Shown: in pieces, positions 29,438 to 38,244 of the stretch | How the letters are laid out: each line of letters starts with the position of its first letter | Position numbering within the stretch: position 1 is the first letter of the stretch | Assembly: GCA_964384105.1 (NCBI GenBank) | Contig: CAYLJV010000001.1 | Span: 512,001 to 576,000, forward strand | Direction: 5' to 3' | DNA: 64,000 bases | DNA from: Candidatus Hadarchaeota archaeon | GTDB lineage: Archaea > Hadarchaeota > Hadarchaeia > Hadarchaeales > JAGGTB01 | Notes under the pieces: model-generated | Databases searched by the model: none | What the model saw: only the letters and a program-made list of their open reading frames with translations | Told to the model about the DNA's origin: nothing | Translations under genes and position numbers: made by a program

Positions 29438-29828
29438 TTCTATAGTTTCTAGGAGCTGGAAATAAGAATCTTATTTTGGAAATTAGCCTAGAGATATCAG
29501 TAAATAATTAGGATTTGTATAACTAACCTAAAGGGGAGCCAAGAAGTATTCCTTCTGTGGCCAACAGGGCTCTCTGAACAATAAGATGTGGTGTGACTGA
29601 AAGATATCACTTGGTGAAAGGTTCTAGAGGGGATTGTGGACAAGGCCTAGGGATACTGGAAAGGGATCTATGGTGAAAAAATTCTTAGAGAGATTTAGAG
29701 ATTTAAAAGATTCAAGGAGAAGAATAGTTTAGGATAGTCTTTTTTTAGTAATAGGAAGTAACTTGAACCTTATTTTTTACTAAAAAGAAATTAAATAGAT
29801 TGTAGAATTCAATAAAGAGGTCATCAAG

Positions 29829-31589
29829 ATGCCCAGAATTGCAGTATTGGATCGAGAAAAATGTCAGCCGAAGAAATGCGCCATGGAGTGCAAGAATTTT
29901 TGTCCTGGTGTTAGAGTAGGAGATGAAACGATTACGATTGATGAGGATGGAAAGCCAGTTATTTCGGAAGAGTTGTGTACGGGTTGTGGGATCTGTGTGC
30001 ATAAATGCCCATTCGACGCTATCCATATAATCAATTTGCCTGAGGAGTTAGAGGAGAAATGTGTTCATAGATATGGTCCCAACGGTTTTGCACTTTATGG
30101 TTTGCCTATCCCTCGAGAGGGTAAGGTCTCAGGGCTTATCGGTCAAAATGGAATCGGTAAGACGACGGCTCTCAGGATCCTAGCAGGAAGATTAAAGCCT
30201 AACCTCGGTGGACAAAAAACCGCTTCCGAAGACGAACTTTTGGAATTTTTCAAGGGTTCAGAATTACAGACCTATTTTGGAAAGATAGATGAGATAAAAA
30301 TTTCCTACAAACCTCAGTCTATAGCAAACATCCCTTCAACGGTTGAAGGACGGACTGGTGACTTACTTGATCAGGCCGATGAACGGGGAGTATCCAGACA
30401 ATTAGCCGAAAGCCTAGATCTTTCTGGAGTTATGGATAGGAAAGTAAGTGCTCTAAGTGGGGGGGAGCTTCAGAGGTTGGCTATAGCTGCAGTGGCTGCA
30501 AAGGATGCGGATTTGTATTATTTTGACGAACCTACATCTCATCTGGATATTTATCAGAGACTAAATTCTGCGAGAACAATTCGGGAGTTGGCAGAAGCGG
30601 ACAAGGCTGTTTTGGTGGTTGAGCATGATTTGGCTGCGCTTGACTATATGTGTGATTACGTTCACGTTGTTTACGGTACTCCGAATGCTTATGGTGTTAT
30701 TTCAGAGCCAAGAGGGGTAAGAGTGGGAATAAATGCGTATTTGGAGGGCTATCTAAAAGAGGAAAACGTGAGATTTAGGTCTGATTCAATTTCCTTTGAG
30801 ACAAGGGCTCCTGATGAATCACAAAGGGGTATAGAATCGCTTTTAGAATTTCCCGAGATGACGAAAGAATTTGATGGATTCAGGCTGGAGGTTGAAAGCG
30901 GTGATATCTTCCCGGGTGAAATCGTAGGTGTTGTTGGTCCGAATGCTACTGGGAAGACCACTTTTGTCAAACTTTTGGCGGGTGAGTTGGAGCCTACTGT
31001 GGGTAGGTTGGATACTGAACTTAATATTGCTTATAAGCCCCAGTATCCCCAGATAGAGGTCGAGGGAACTGTTCGATCTTATTTGGCTTCTAATGTGGAC
31101 GAATTCGATAAAAGGTTCAAAATAGACGTATTAAAGCCTTTAGGGGTTGAGGGTCTTCTTGATAACGATATTCAGGGTCTTAGTGGGGGGGAACTCCAGA
31201 GAACTGTTATATCTGCCTGTTTGGGCCAAAAAGCGGATTTGTATCTTCTGGATGAGCCTAGTGCTTATTTGGATGTTGAGCAGAGGCTGGGAATGGCGAG
31301 AGCCCTAGATCGGTTTATTGAAGGTAGAGGGGCCGCCGCTTTTGTTGTGGATCACGATGTGCTTTCCGTCGATTATGTGTCTAACAAATTACTGGTGTTT
31401 ACAGGAGAACCGGGTAAAGAAGGAAAAGCTAGAGGCCCTCTAAAAATGAGAGAAGGTATGAACACTTTTCTTAGAGAAGTTGCTGTAACTTTTAGGCGGG
31501 ACCCTAAAACCGGCAGACCGCGGGTGAATAAACCAGATAGTCAACTTGATAAGAAGCAGAGGAAAAGAGGAGAGTACTACTATACCTAG
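29829..31589 (+). CDS. rli: Ribosome recycling factor ABCE1/Rli1
   Basis: N-terminal Fe-S cysteines, two ABC domains (GQNGIGKT, LSGGELQR, GPNATGKT), TFRRDP. Confidence 0.97.
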   Translation: MPRIAVLDREKCQPKKCAMECKNFCPGVRVGDETITIDEDGKPVISEELCTGCGICVHKCPFDAIHIINLPEELEEKCVHRYGPNGFALYGLPIPREGKVSGLIGQNGIGKTTALRILAGRLKPNLGGQKTASEDELLEFFKGSELQTYFGKIDEIKISYKPQSIANIPSTVEGRTGDLLDQADERGVSRQLAESLDLSGVMDRKVSALSGGELQRLAIAAVAAKDADLYYFDEPTSHLDIYQRLNSARTIRELAEADKAVLVVEHDLAALDYMCDYVHVVYGTPNAYGVISEPRGVRVGINAYLEGYLKEENVRFRSDSISFETRAPDESQRGIESLLEFPEMTKEFDGFRLEVESGDIFPGEIVGVVGPNATGKTTFVKLLAGELEPTVGRLDTELNIAYKPQYPQIEVEGTVRSYLASNVDEFDKRFKIDVLKPLGVEGLLDNDIQGLSGGELQRTVISACLGQKADLYLLDEPSAYLDVEQRLGMARALDRFIEGRGAAAFVVDHDVLSVDYVSNKLLVFTGEPGKEGKARGPLKMREGMNTFLREVAVTFRRDPKTGRPRVNKPDSQLDKKQRKRGEYYYT

Positions 31590-31734
31590 TCTGGATTCCA
31601 CCGTAAAGTGATTAGAATAATTGTTTGATGTTGTTAGAGAGCGTATTTACCGGTTAGGATTTATCGGATTTTTATAGTAATGGAAATTTATTATTTGCAT
31701 TCCCAAAAACTCTGTCAGAAACCACTGTTTGTTG

Positions 31735-31782
31735 GTTGTGAGGGGGTGGAATACTTTCACTTTCCCCACAGCATTCTTTTTT
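31735..31782 (+). terminator. Imperfect G-U-rich hairpin followed by a U-tract
   Basis: GTTGTGAGGGGGTGGAA-tac-TTTCACTTTCCCCACAGC followed by ATTCTTTTTT. Confidence 0.3.
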
Positions 31783-31982
31783 AATTGATTTTGGGAGAAT
31801 TTAGCCCATGTTCGAAACTCAAATAGAAAAAGATATTCAATATGTTAAAGCATTGGTCGGTTCAAGAATCTCATTGCATACTTCAAATACGAAAAAAGTC
31901 GATATTACTTTCAAAAGATTGGGAAATTTAGTTATACTTAACTATTAAAAATTAGTAAACTACCTACAAAGAGGCTGGTTAA

Positions 31983-32249
31983 ATGGGAATCAAAAGCGAT
32001 ATTAGGTGGCTGAAAGAAGCAGATGAGCGAGTAAATATTTTCATTCTCATTGCAAGAAAAGGTCCACTGAAAATAAGAGAACTAAAGAAATCATCTAAGT
32101 CTGAGGATTGGTGGCCTGTAAAATACAATGTAAATGAGCTAATTGATAGAGAGCTGATAGAGCAGGTTGAGGAAGGTTATAGTATAACGGAATCAGGTAG
32201 AAAGGTAGTCGAATCTTTAAAAACTGTCTATGATATTGAATCAGTCTAA
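31983..32249 (+). CDS. Small winged-helix DNA-binding protein
   Basis: GPLKIREL, NELIDRELIE, YSITESGR wing. Confidence 0.7.
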   Translation: MGIKSDIRWLKEADERVNIFILIARKGPLKIRELKKSSKSEDWWPVKYNVNELIDRELIEQVEEGYSITESGRKVVESLKTVYDIESV

Positions 32250-32473
32250 CTGGTTATAGCCCGAATGTTTCCGCCTTTTACTATAATTAATTCGTGATTT
32301 TTCACTTGATCGTTTTCTTTGTATTCTTTGGCCTTTTTTAGTACAAGATTCATGTAGTCATCGTACTCATCAAGAATACCTTCAATTTTTTGGCCACCCT
32401 TTAGGTTTACAGTAATCTTTTCTCCTACCAGGTTTCCTAAATTGATGGAATTGCTATTTGACATGTGTACCAT
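32246..32473 (-). CDS. lsm: Sm-like (Lsm/SmAP) RNA-binding protein
   Basis: Sm1 motif V.LKGG..IEG.L..YDDYMNLVL and Sm2 motif IIVKGGNI. Confidence 0.9.
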   Translation of the reverse strand: MVHMSNSNSINLGNLVGEKITVNLKGGQKIEGILDEYDDYMNLVLKKAKEYKENDQVKNHELIIVKGGNIRAITS

Positions 32474-32610
32474 GCTCCTTTCTCTCTTTTTATATTGGTA
32501 ATGTTGTTTTTAAATCCTAATTAGTTTAGGATTTATTTTTACTTTCACCTACCCCCCACCCCAAAATCGGTTTAAAAATAAGAATAGGAATTGTTCCTGG
32601 AGGTGAAACA

Positions 32611-33543
32611 TTGACCGAGCTTGAAGATTTACCAGGAGTCGGGCCTTCTATTTCAGAGAGGCTATGCGAGGCAGGTTTTGATACAATAGAGAGTATTGCC
32701 ACAGAAACCGCGCCAGAATTAAGTTCTGCTGCAGATATCGGAGAAAAAAGTGCTCTAAAGATCATTCGTGCAGCCAGGGAAGCTGCCGACATGGGATTTG
32801 AACGAGCTAGGGATGTTATGACCAGAAGAGAAAATGTTGCTAGGATATCTACGGGATGTGAAGATCTCGATAGAATATTAGGAGGAGGAGTTGAGACCCA
32901 GTCTATTACTGAATTTTTTGGAGAATTTGGTTGTGGTAAGACGCAAATTGCTCACCAAATTTCTGTTGATGCACAGCTTTCTTCCGAGGAAGGTGGAGTT
33001 GAAGGTGAGGTAGTGTATATAGACACTGAAAATACTTTCAGGCCAGAGAGGATAATAGAAATGGCAGAGGATAAAGGACTGGATCCTGACCAAGCGTTAG
33101 AAAACATTTTCGTTGCTAGAGCTACTACTACGGACCACCAGATGCTTTTGGCTGAAAAAGCAGGAAAAATGGCACAAGAAGATAATATAAGACTTCTTAT
33201 TGTCGATGCGCTAATGTCTTTGTTTAGAACAGAATTCGTTGGTAGAGGTGCTCTTGCGGAAAGACAGCAAAAATTAGGAAAACACCTGGCAGCTCTTAGG
33301 AAAATTTCCGAAGAGCATAACATAGCTGTTTTTGTGACGAATCATGTTCAATCGAATCCTAATTCCTTCTTTGGTGATCCTACTAAGCCAATAGGTGGGC
33401 ATGTTTTGGCACATGCTGCTACTTGCCGGATTTACATTAAGAAGAGTAGGCAAAATACGCGAGAAGCCCGTCTTGTCGACCATCCAGCGCTTCCTCCGGA
33501 ATCAGCTAAATTCCGAATAGAAAAAGTGGGGATTAGATCCTAG
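32611..33543 (+). CDS. radA: DNA repair and recombination protein RadA
   Basis: LEDLPGVGP N-domain, GEFGCGKTQ, YIDTENTFRPER, GRGALAERQQ, GGHVLAH. Confidence 0.94.
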   Translation: MTELEDLPGVGPSISERLCEAGFDTIESIATETAPELSSAADIGEKSALKIIRAAREAADMGFERARDVMTRRENVARISTGCEDLDRILGGGVETQSITEFFGEFGCGKTQIAHQISVDAQLSSEEGGVEGEVVYIDTENTFRPERIIEMAEDKGLDPDQALENIFVARATTTDHQMLLAEKAGKMAQEDNIRLLIVDALMSLFRTEFVGRGALAERQQKLGKHLAALRKISEEHNIAVFVTNHVQSNPNSFFGDPTKPIGGHVLAHAATCRIYIKKSRQNTREARLVDHPALPPESAKFRIEKVGIRS

Positions 33544-33554
33544 GAGGTTTGAAT

Positions 33555-33683
33555 ATGCCAAATGCAAGTGCAAAAGGAGTTATGACCTATCTTCGCCTAA
33601 AGGGCTTAAAGAAAGCTAAGGACATTCAAAAGGTTAGAGTAGAGGAGTGGTTGAACGACAACGTAGAGAGAGTCTCCTTTTAG
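33555..33683 (+). CDS. Unannotated 42-aa small protein downstream of radA
   Basis: MPNASAKGVMTYLRLKGLKKAKDIQKVRVEEWLNDNVERVSF. GGAGGT Shine-Dalgarno overlaps the radA stop codon. Confidence 0.6.
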   Translation: MPNASAKGVMTYLRLKGLKKAKDIQKVRVEEWLNDNVERVSF

Positions 33684-33738
33684 GAAAAACGCCTTCTCCC
33701 CTATTTTTTTATTCTTTATTTCTAAAGCTAGGTTTAAT

Positions 33739-33972
33739 TTAAGGGGAGTTTCTTGACATTTTTTCGTATTTCTCTTCTACTTCCTTACTAACTTTTACTT
33801 TCCACCGAAGTTTGCCGTCTCGTTCTATACTTTCTACATTTCCCTCTTCTTGTAGTCTGTATAGGTCCATTCTTAGATTTGGTATAGCTATGTCTGTTCT
33901 TTCAGACAAGTTATCGATGGTTAAGGGTCTCCCAGCATCCCGGAGCTCCTCGATAATTTTACTTTTTTTCAT
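33739..33972 (-). CDS. Small winged-helix HTH protein
   Basis: PLTIDNLSERTDI..NLRMDLYRLQEEG.V..W wing. GAGGTG Shine-Dalgarno before ATG at 33972. Confidence 0.75.
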   Translation of the reverse strand: MKKSKIIEELRDAGRPLTIDNLSERTDIAIPNLRMDLYRLQEEGNVESIERDGKLRWKVKVSKEVEEKYEKMSRNSP

Positions 33973-34139
33973 TCTTATCCACCTCTTTCTTAACAATTAT
34001 TCTCGGCTTACCATTTGAGTTTGACCTTATCGTTTCAATTTTTATCTAAGTCAATGTTAGTAGAAGTTAATAACCCTAATTTTTATGAGATGAGTTTATT
34101 TTAATGATTAGTGATTACTAATGGGTATAGGTGATTTAG

Positions 34140-34397
34140 ATGAGTTCACAAGAAGAAAAACTACAACAGGTTGCAGAGATAATGGAACGCGTTTCAGAAG
34201 ATATGTCAGTCCCTCGCAATATTAGACGGGCTGCTAAAGAAGCCAAAGAATCTCTCTTAGAAGGAGATGATCCGATAGTTAGCGCTTCTTCTGCGATTTC
34301 TGTTTTGGATGAAATAAGTAATGATCCGAATATGCCGGTTCATACGAGGACTACAATCTGGAATGCATTGAGTGTTCTGGAAACTGTAAGGGAGTAG
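34140..34397 (+). CDS. UPF0147 family protein
   Basis: [28 protein letters not shown]. Confidence 0.92.
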   Translation: MSSQEEKLQQVAEIMERVSEDMSVPRNIRRAAKEAKESLLEGDDPIVSASSAISVLDEISNDPNMPVHTRTTIWNALSVLETVRE

Positions 34398-34413
34398 TCC
34401 ATTCCACGAGGTT

Positions 34414-34758
34414 TTGATCATGAAAAGAGGTTTAAAATCATTTGCAAGAGCTGTTAGAAATCGAGATAAAAGCGAAGCAGATGAACTGATAGAAAAAATT
34501 GTGCAGGGAAGTCTTGATGACGCGGTTTGGGAAGGATATGAGAGGGCATTGAACGGAATGAGTGAAGCTTTGGATTCAGATGATGGTCTAAGATTGGTTA
34601 ATCAAATTGCTGAGGAAAAGTTTTCCTTAAAGAGACTTGAAAAAATCAGAGAAGAGATGGAAGAAAGAGCTTCTCAAGAGTTTAGACCTAAAGATGAGCG
34701 AGGGTACAACAAAGCATGGTCTGATGTACTTAAAGTGATGATCGAAGACGCAAAATAG
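34414..34758 (+). CDS. Helical hypothetical protein
   Basis: Co-directional with UPF0147. Internal GY..A repeat. Confidence 0.65.
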   Translation: MIMKRGLKSFARAVRNRDKSEADELIEKIVQGSLDDAVWEGYERALNGMSEALDSDDGLRLVNQIAEEKFSLKRLEKIREEMEERASQEFRPKDERGYNKAWSDVLKVMIEDAK

Positions 34759-34773
34759 AGATTTTGTCTGATT

Positions 34774-35361
34774 TTATTCGACTGTAGCATGTTGTTTACT
34801 AAGATCCTCTTCTTTTTTTCCTAATTCTTTCATTAGACTTGCTATAATACCGTCCATGAAAATAAGAGCGGATACCTCAAACAGAGTACCTAAAGGGGTC
34901 AGGGATTCGTATTCCCCGGTTATCTGCCTTCCAGTATAGCTTTTTTTCTCCGCTGTTTTGATTCTTCCGGGTATTTTCACTGCTAAATCAGCTAGCTGTC
35001 CAAGAGTTGAATCCTCATACGAGGTTATCACGACTATCTTGGCTCCTATTTCTTTTGCATCTTTTGCTGCACTCACAACTCTAGCTGTTTCTCCAGATCC
35101 AGAGACCCCCAAAAACAGATCTCCTTCTTTCAGTCTGGGAGTAACGGTTTCTCCAATAACGTGAACGTGTACGTTAAGATGCATTAGTCGCATTGCAAAG
35201 GCGCGGGCTATTAGTCCTGAGCGTCCTGCACCGGTTACAAAGACTTGCTTAGAATTCAAGAGAGTTCTCACAAATCGGTTTACTTCCTCTTCTTTCAGTG
35301 TTTTTGAAACATTTTTCGTATGTTCGGTGATTATTTTCATTGCTTTATTTACTTCTTCCAT
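34774..35361 (-). CDS. hxlB: 6-phospho-3-hexuloisomerase (SIS domain)
   Basis: GAGRSG, FAMRLMHL, GETVTP, SGSGET, PLGTLFE, QHATVE. Confidence 0.92.
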   Translation of the reverse strand: MEEVNKAMKIITEHTKNVSKTLKEEEVNRFVRTLLNSKQVFVTGAGRSGLIARAFAMRLMHLNVHVHVIGETVTPRLKEGDLFLGVSGSGETARVVSAAKDAKEIGAKIVVITSYEDSTLGQLADLAVKIPGRIKTAEKKSYTGRQITGEYESLTPLGTLFEVSALIFMDGIIASLMKELGKKEEDLSKQHATVE

Positions 35362-35525
35362 TTAATCATCTCTTTTTTGGAGACTTCGGTTTAACTGTTT
35401 TTTGTTAAATCCGGCTTTAGGATAGTATATGTTTTTATTTATAGAATTGTATTTAAAATGAAATTGAAAATACTTATGCGTGTGAGCTATTTACTATTGG
35501 AAGAAGCTGAGCGGAGGTAAATCTA

Positions 35526-36971
35526 TTGTTTCACTTACTGGGTTTGACACTACTTATAGTAAGTGGAGTTATGGTCGTTCCCATACCCGTGGCTTTTATT
35601 TTCAATGAACTAAGTGTTATTCCTTCTTTTGCTGTTCCAGCGGCTATAGCAGCTCTTATTGGATTTTTTCTGTGGAAAAAATTTGAGCTTGGTGGTTTAA
35701 ATTATGGAAAGGCTATGGTCATAGCAGCGTCTGCTTGGCTTATAATTTCCTTTTTTGGTTCTATTCCGTTTTTTATGAGCGCCGGTTTAGACCCTATCAG
35801 TGCTTACTTTGAGAGCATGTCAGGATTTACCACAACAGGATTGACTATGTTCGAAATGAGTGGGCCTGGAATGATTTCGGCCCCTAATACAATTCTGTTT
35901 TGGAGGAGTTTGACACAGTGGGTTGGAGGTATTGGTATAATGGTCCTTTTCCTTTCATTAATAGTAGGTGCGGGAGGCGTAGCTAAGAGACTTTTTTCGG
36001 CGGAAGGTGGAGGTGGCCGCTATATTAAGGAAGACAAGGGTCCCGCAATGAGTCTATTGAATATCACGAGGTCTGTATGGAAAATTTATGTTTTTCTTAC
36101 TCTTGCGTCGATAGTATTGTTTTACCTTTTGGATATGCCTCTATTTGAGTCAATAAATCACTCAATGACCGCTTTAGCAACGGGGGGTTTTTCTGTTACT
36201 TCCGATAGCTTTGTTTCCTATTCGGCACCAATTCTCATTGCTACTTTGTTCCCCATGATATTGGGAGCAACGAACTTTATAGTCCATATTAGAGTTTTCA
36301 AGGGTGATTGGAAGGCTTTTTTCAAAAATACGGAATTTAAATTGCTTTTATTCCTTATTGGTGTATCTACATTTATTTTAGCTTGGACTACAGGGGTTGT
36401 GGATGGGATATTCTCTGCAGTAACGGCCTCTACCACGGTTGGGTTCTCTAGTGTAGGCCAGGCGGGTATTGTAAATGGGCCGGGATGGGGCCCCTTGCAG
36501 AAGAGCATTATCGTCGTTCTCATGGTTATCGGTGGTGGTTTTGGTTCAACTGCGGGTGCTATAAAGCTTATTAGGACAGTTGTCTTGATATTGGCACTCT
36601 ACTGGTTAGTGAAGAAAGCTATATTGCCCGATAGGGCTGTGGTTCCTTTTAAGCTAGGAAATCGAGTTTTCTCAAACGAAGAGATTTTACAGACCGCTGT
36701 TTTCGTTTTCGCTTATATCTTATTGCTTGTATTAGGGTCTCTGATAACTATGGCCGCTTTGCCTAATGAAAGTGCCATTAATTGTATCTTTGATTCAGCT
36801 TCTGCTCAAGGTACTGTGGGTTTATCCGCTGGAATAACTGGGATTGGGATGCCAGTGGTAGTAAAAATCACATATATAATTCAAATGTGGATAGGTCGTT
36901 TGGAGGTTATACCGGTGATAACTTTAATTAGTTATTTTATCGGTAAGGTTGATCGTCGCGAGCCTTTTTAG
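35526..36971 (+). CDS. trkH: TrkH-family potassium uptake membrane protein
   Basis: FESMSGFTTTG, WRSLTQWVGG, ATGGFS, GSTAGAIK, GTVGLS, MWIGRLE. Confidence 0.93.
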   Translation: MFHLLGLTLLIVSGVMVVPIPVAFIFNELSVIPSFAVPAAIAALIGFFLWKKFELGGLNYGKAMVIAASAWLIISFFGSIPFFMSAGLDPISAYFESMSGFTTTGLTMFEMSGPGMISAPNTILFWRSLTQWVGGIGIMVLFLSLIVGAGGVAKRLFSAEGGGGRYIKEDKGPAMSLLNITRSVWKIYVFLTLASIVLFYLLDMPLFESINHSMTALATGGFSVTSDSFVSYSAPILIATLFPMILGATNFIVHIRVFKGDWKAFFKNTEFKLLLFLIGVSTFILAWTTGVVDGIFSAVTASTTVGFSSVGQAGIVNGPGWGPLQKSIIVVLMVIGGGFGSTAGAIKLIRTVVLILALYWLVKKAILPDRAVVPFKLGNRVFSNEEILQTAVFVFAYILLLVLGSLITMAALPNESAINCIFDSASAQGTVGLSAGITGIGMPVVVKITYIIQMWIGRLEVIPVITLISYFIGKVDRREPF

Positions 36972-37527
36972 GTCTTCTTGTAAAAATAGAGTATTTATCT
37001 TCTCCCCTCAACTCTTTTTCTACTCTTTTTGCTAGCATCTCCTTTGGATTTGGCAGTGATTTTACTCTCTTCTTAAGGTCTTCAAAACTATCAAACTTTT
37101 TCTTTTCTCTCTCTTCTATTATTGCCCACATCAACTTCTTGCCGATTCCTGGGATCAGTTCGAATTGATGGTATCTACTGGAAATCGGCGAGGCCTCGTT
37201 GAAAAATTTAAGAAACGTTTCCTCGTCCTTTTCTATTATCTCTTTTATCGCGATGGGAAGCTCGGCTTTTGCAGCGGAAGTTAGTTTATCGTAGACTATT
37301 CTATTTTTCACTCTTTCGATTTCTTCTCTTCCCTTTCTGCCTATGTAAACGTGGTCATGAGGAGAAAGTTTAGTTCCTTCTCTTGGGACGGTTTCTAATA
37401 GAGTGAAGTATTTTTCTCCGATGATTTGAGCTATTGGCTCTCTGTATTGAGCAGGTTTCCTGTCTTCCGGGTGACCTTCCGGCAAAAAATCTAATACAAT
37501 CCCATAATCTTCGTATTTCTTAGTCAA
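36937..37527 (-). CDS. DUF655 family putative RNA-binding protein
   Basis: VLDFLP.G, FTLLE, FFN.A.PI..R.H..ELIPGIGKK. Confidence 0.9.
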   Translation of the reverse strand: MTKKYEDYGIVLDFLPEGHPEDRKPAQYREPIAQIIGEKYFTLLETVPREGTKLSPHDHVYIGRKGREEIERVKNRIVYDKLTSAAKAELPIAIKEIIEKDEETFLKFFNEASPISSRYHQFELIPGIGKKLMWAIIEEREKKKFDSFEDLKKRVKSLPNPKEMLAKRVEKELRGEDKYSIFTRRPKKARDDQPYR

Positions 37528-37554
37528 AAATAGCCCCCTCCGTTGCTTAGTTAT

Positions 37555-37893
37555 TTATCCTCGGTACTTTTCAATTATTTCTAATATTTCCTCTATTGTT
37601 TTATCGTCAAGAGAAGTTCTTTCTTTTGCAAAGATTAAGCGAATGTCTTGGGGTGTTTCGGGCATATTATTTACAAGGATGATTGCTTGATGTTTCCTAA
37701 TCTTTTCAATTTCGAGTAGTTCTTCAGCCAATTTTTTCGCATCTTCTGCGGATAATTTCGAAAACTTTTGTACATAGTCATAAGACAGCCGTTGTTCGAA
37801 TTCTAGTTCTTCTTCTTTTTTCCTCTCTTCTAGTATTTCGAGAGTTTCCGAATATGTAATCGGTTCTTCTCCTAGGACTTTTTCCCCAATCAT
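37555..37893 (-). CDS. rpoF: RNA polymerase subunit Rpo4 (RpoF)
   Basis: MIGEKVL.EEPIT, EQRLSYDY..KFSK, MPET..DIRLIFAKE. Sits in L21e-RpoF-DUF655 synteny. Confidence 0.92.
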   Translation of the reverse strand: MIGEKVLGEEPITYSETLEILEERKKEEELEFEQRLSYDYVQKFSKLSAEDAKKLAEELLEIEKIRKHQAIILVNNMPETPQDIRLIFAKERTSLDDKTIEEILEIIEKYRG

Positions 37894-38192
37894 TTTTCTA
37901 TCCTCACGAGATGTTCTGGTCTCGAGATGACCTCTTTACTTTTCCCCCCTTCTTTTATATTTATAACGTATGCCTGTCCCTGTTTTCTACTAATTGTACC
38001 CACATTTCCGTGGAATTTTGGGTGTGGTTGTCCGTCTGGAACGCTCGGATTTATTCTAATGGAAACTTTTTTGCCGTCTGAAAAATCCTGAGTTATGTTT
38101 TTTATAGGGGGTTTACCACGTTCTCTAACGTGTTTACGTAATTTTTGTCTTGTTTCGCTTCTTTTTCCTTTAGACTTTACCAATTGAAACAC
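37890..38192 (-). CDS. rpl21e: 50S ribosomal protein L21e
   Basis: SKG.R..TR.KLRK..RERG, GQPHPKFHG, RPEHL. Likely TTG start at 38183. Confidence 0.94.
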   Translation of the reverse strand: MFQLVKSKGKRSETRQKLRKHVRERGKPPIKNITQDFSDGKKVSIRINPSVPDGQPHPKFHGNVGTISRKQGQAYVINIKEGGKSKEVISRPEHLVRIEK

Positions 38193-38244
38193 ATCCTTAG
38201 TTTAGATTAAGTAAGAGCTAATGGTATTTATTCTTTTTAGGCTT

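Noticed and set aside
29669-29731. Short ORF MVKKFLERFRDLKDSRRRIV, faintly like a transposase N-terminus
   Set aside because: Only 20 codons, with no terminal inverted repeats, target duplication or DDE remnant. An IS call cannot be supported.
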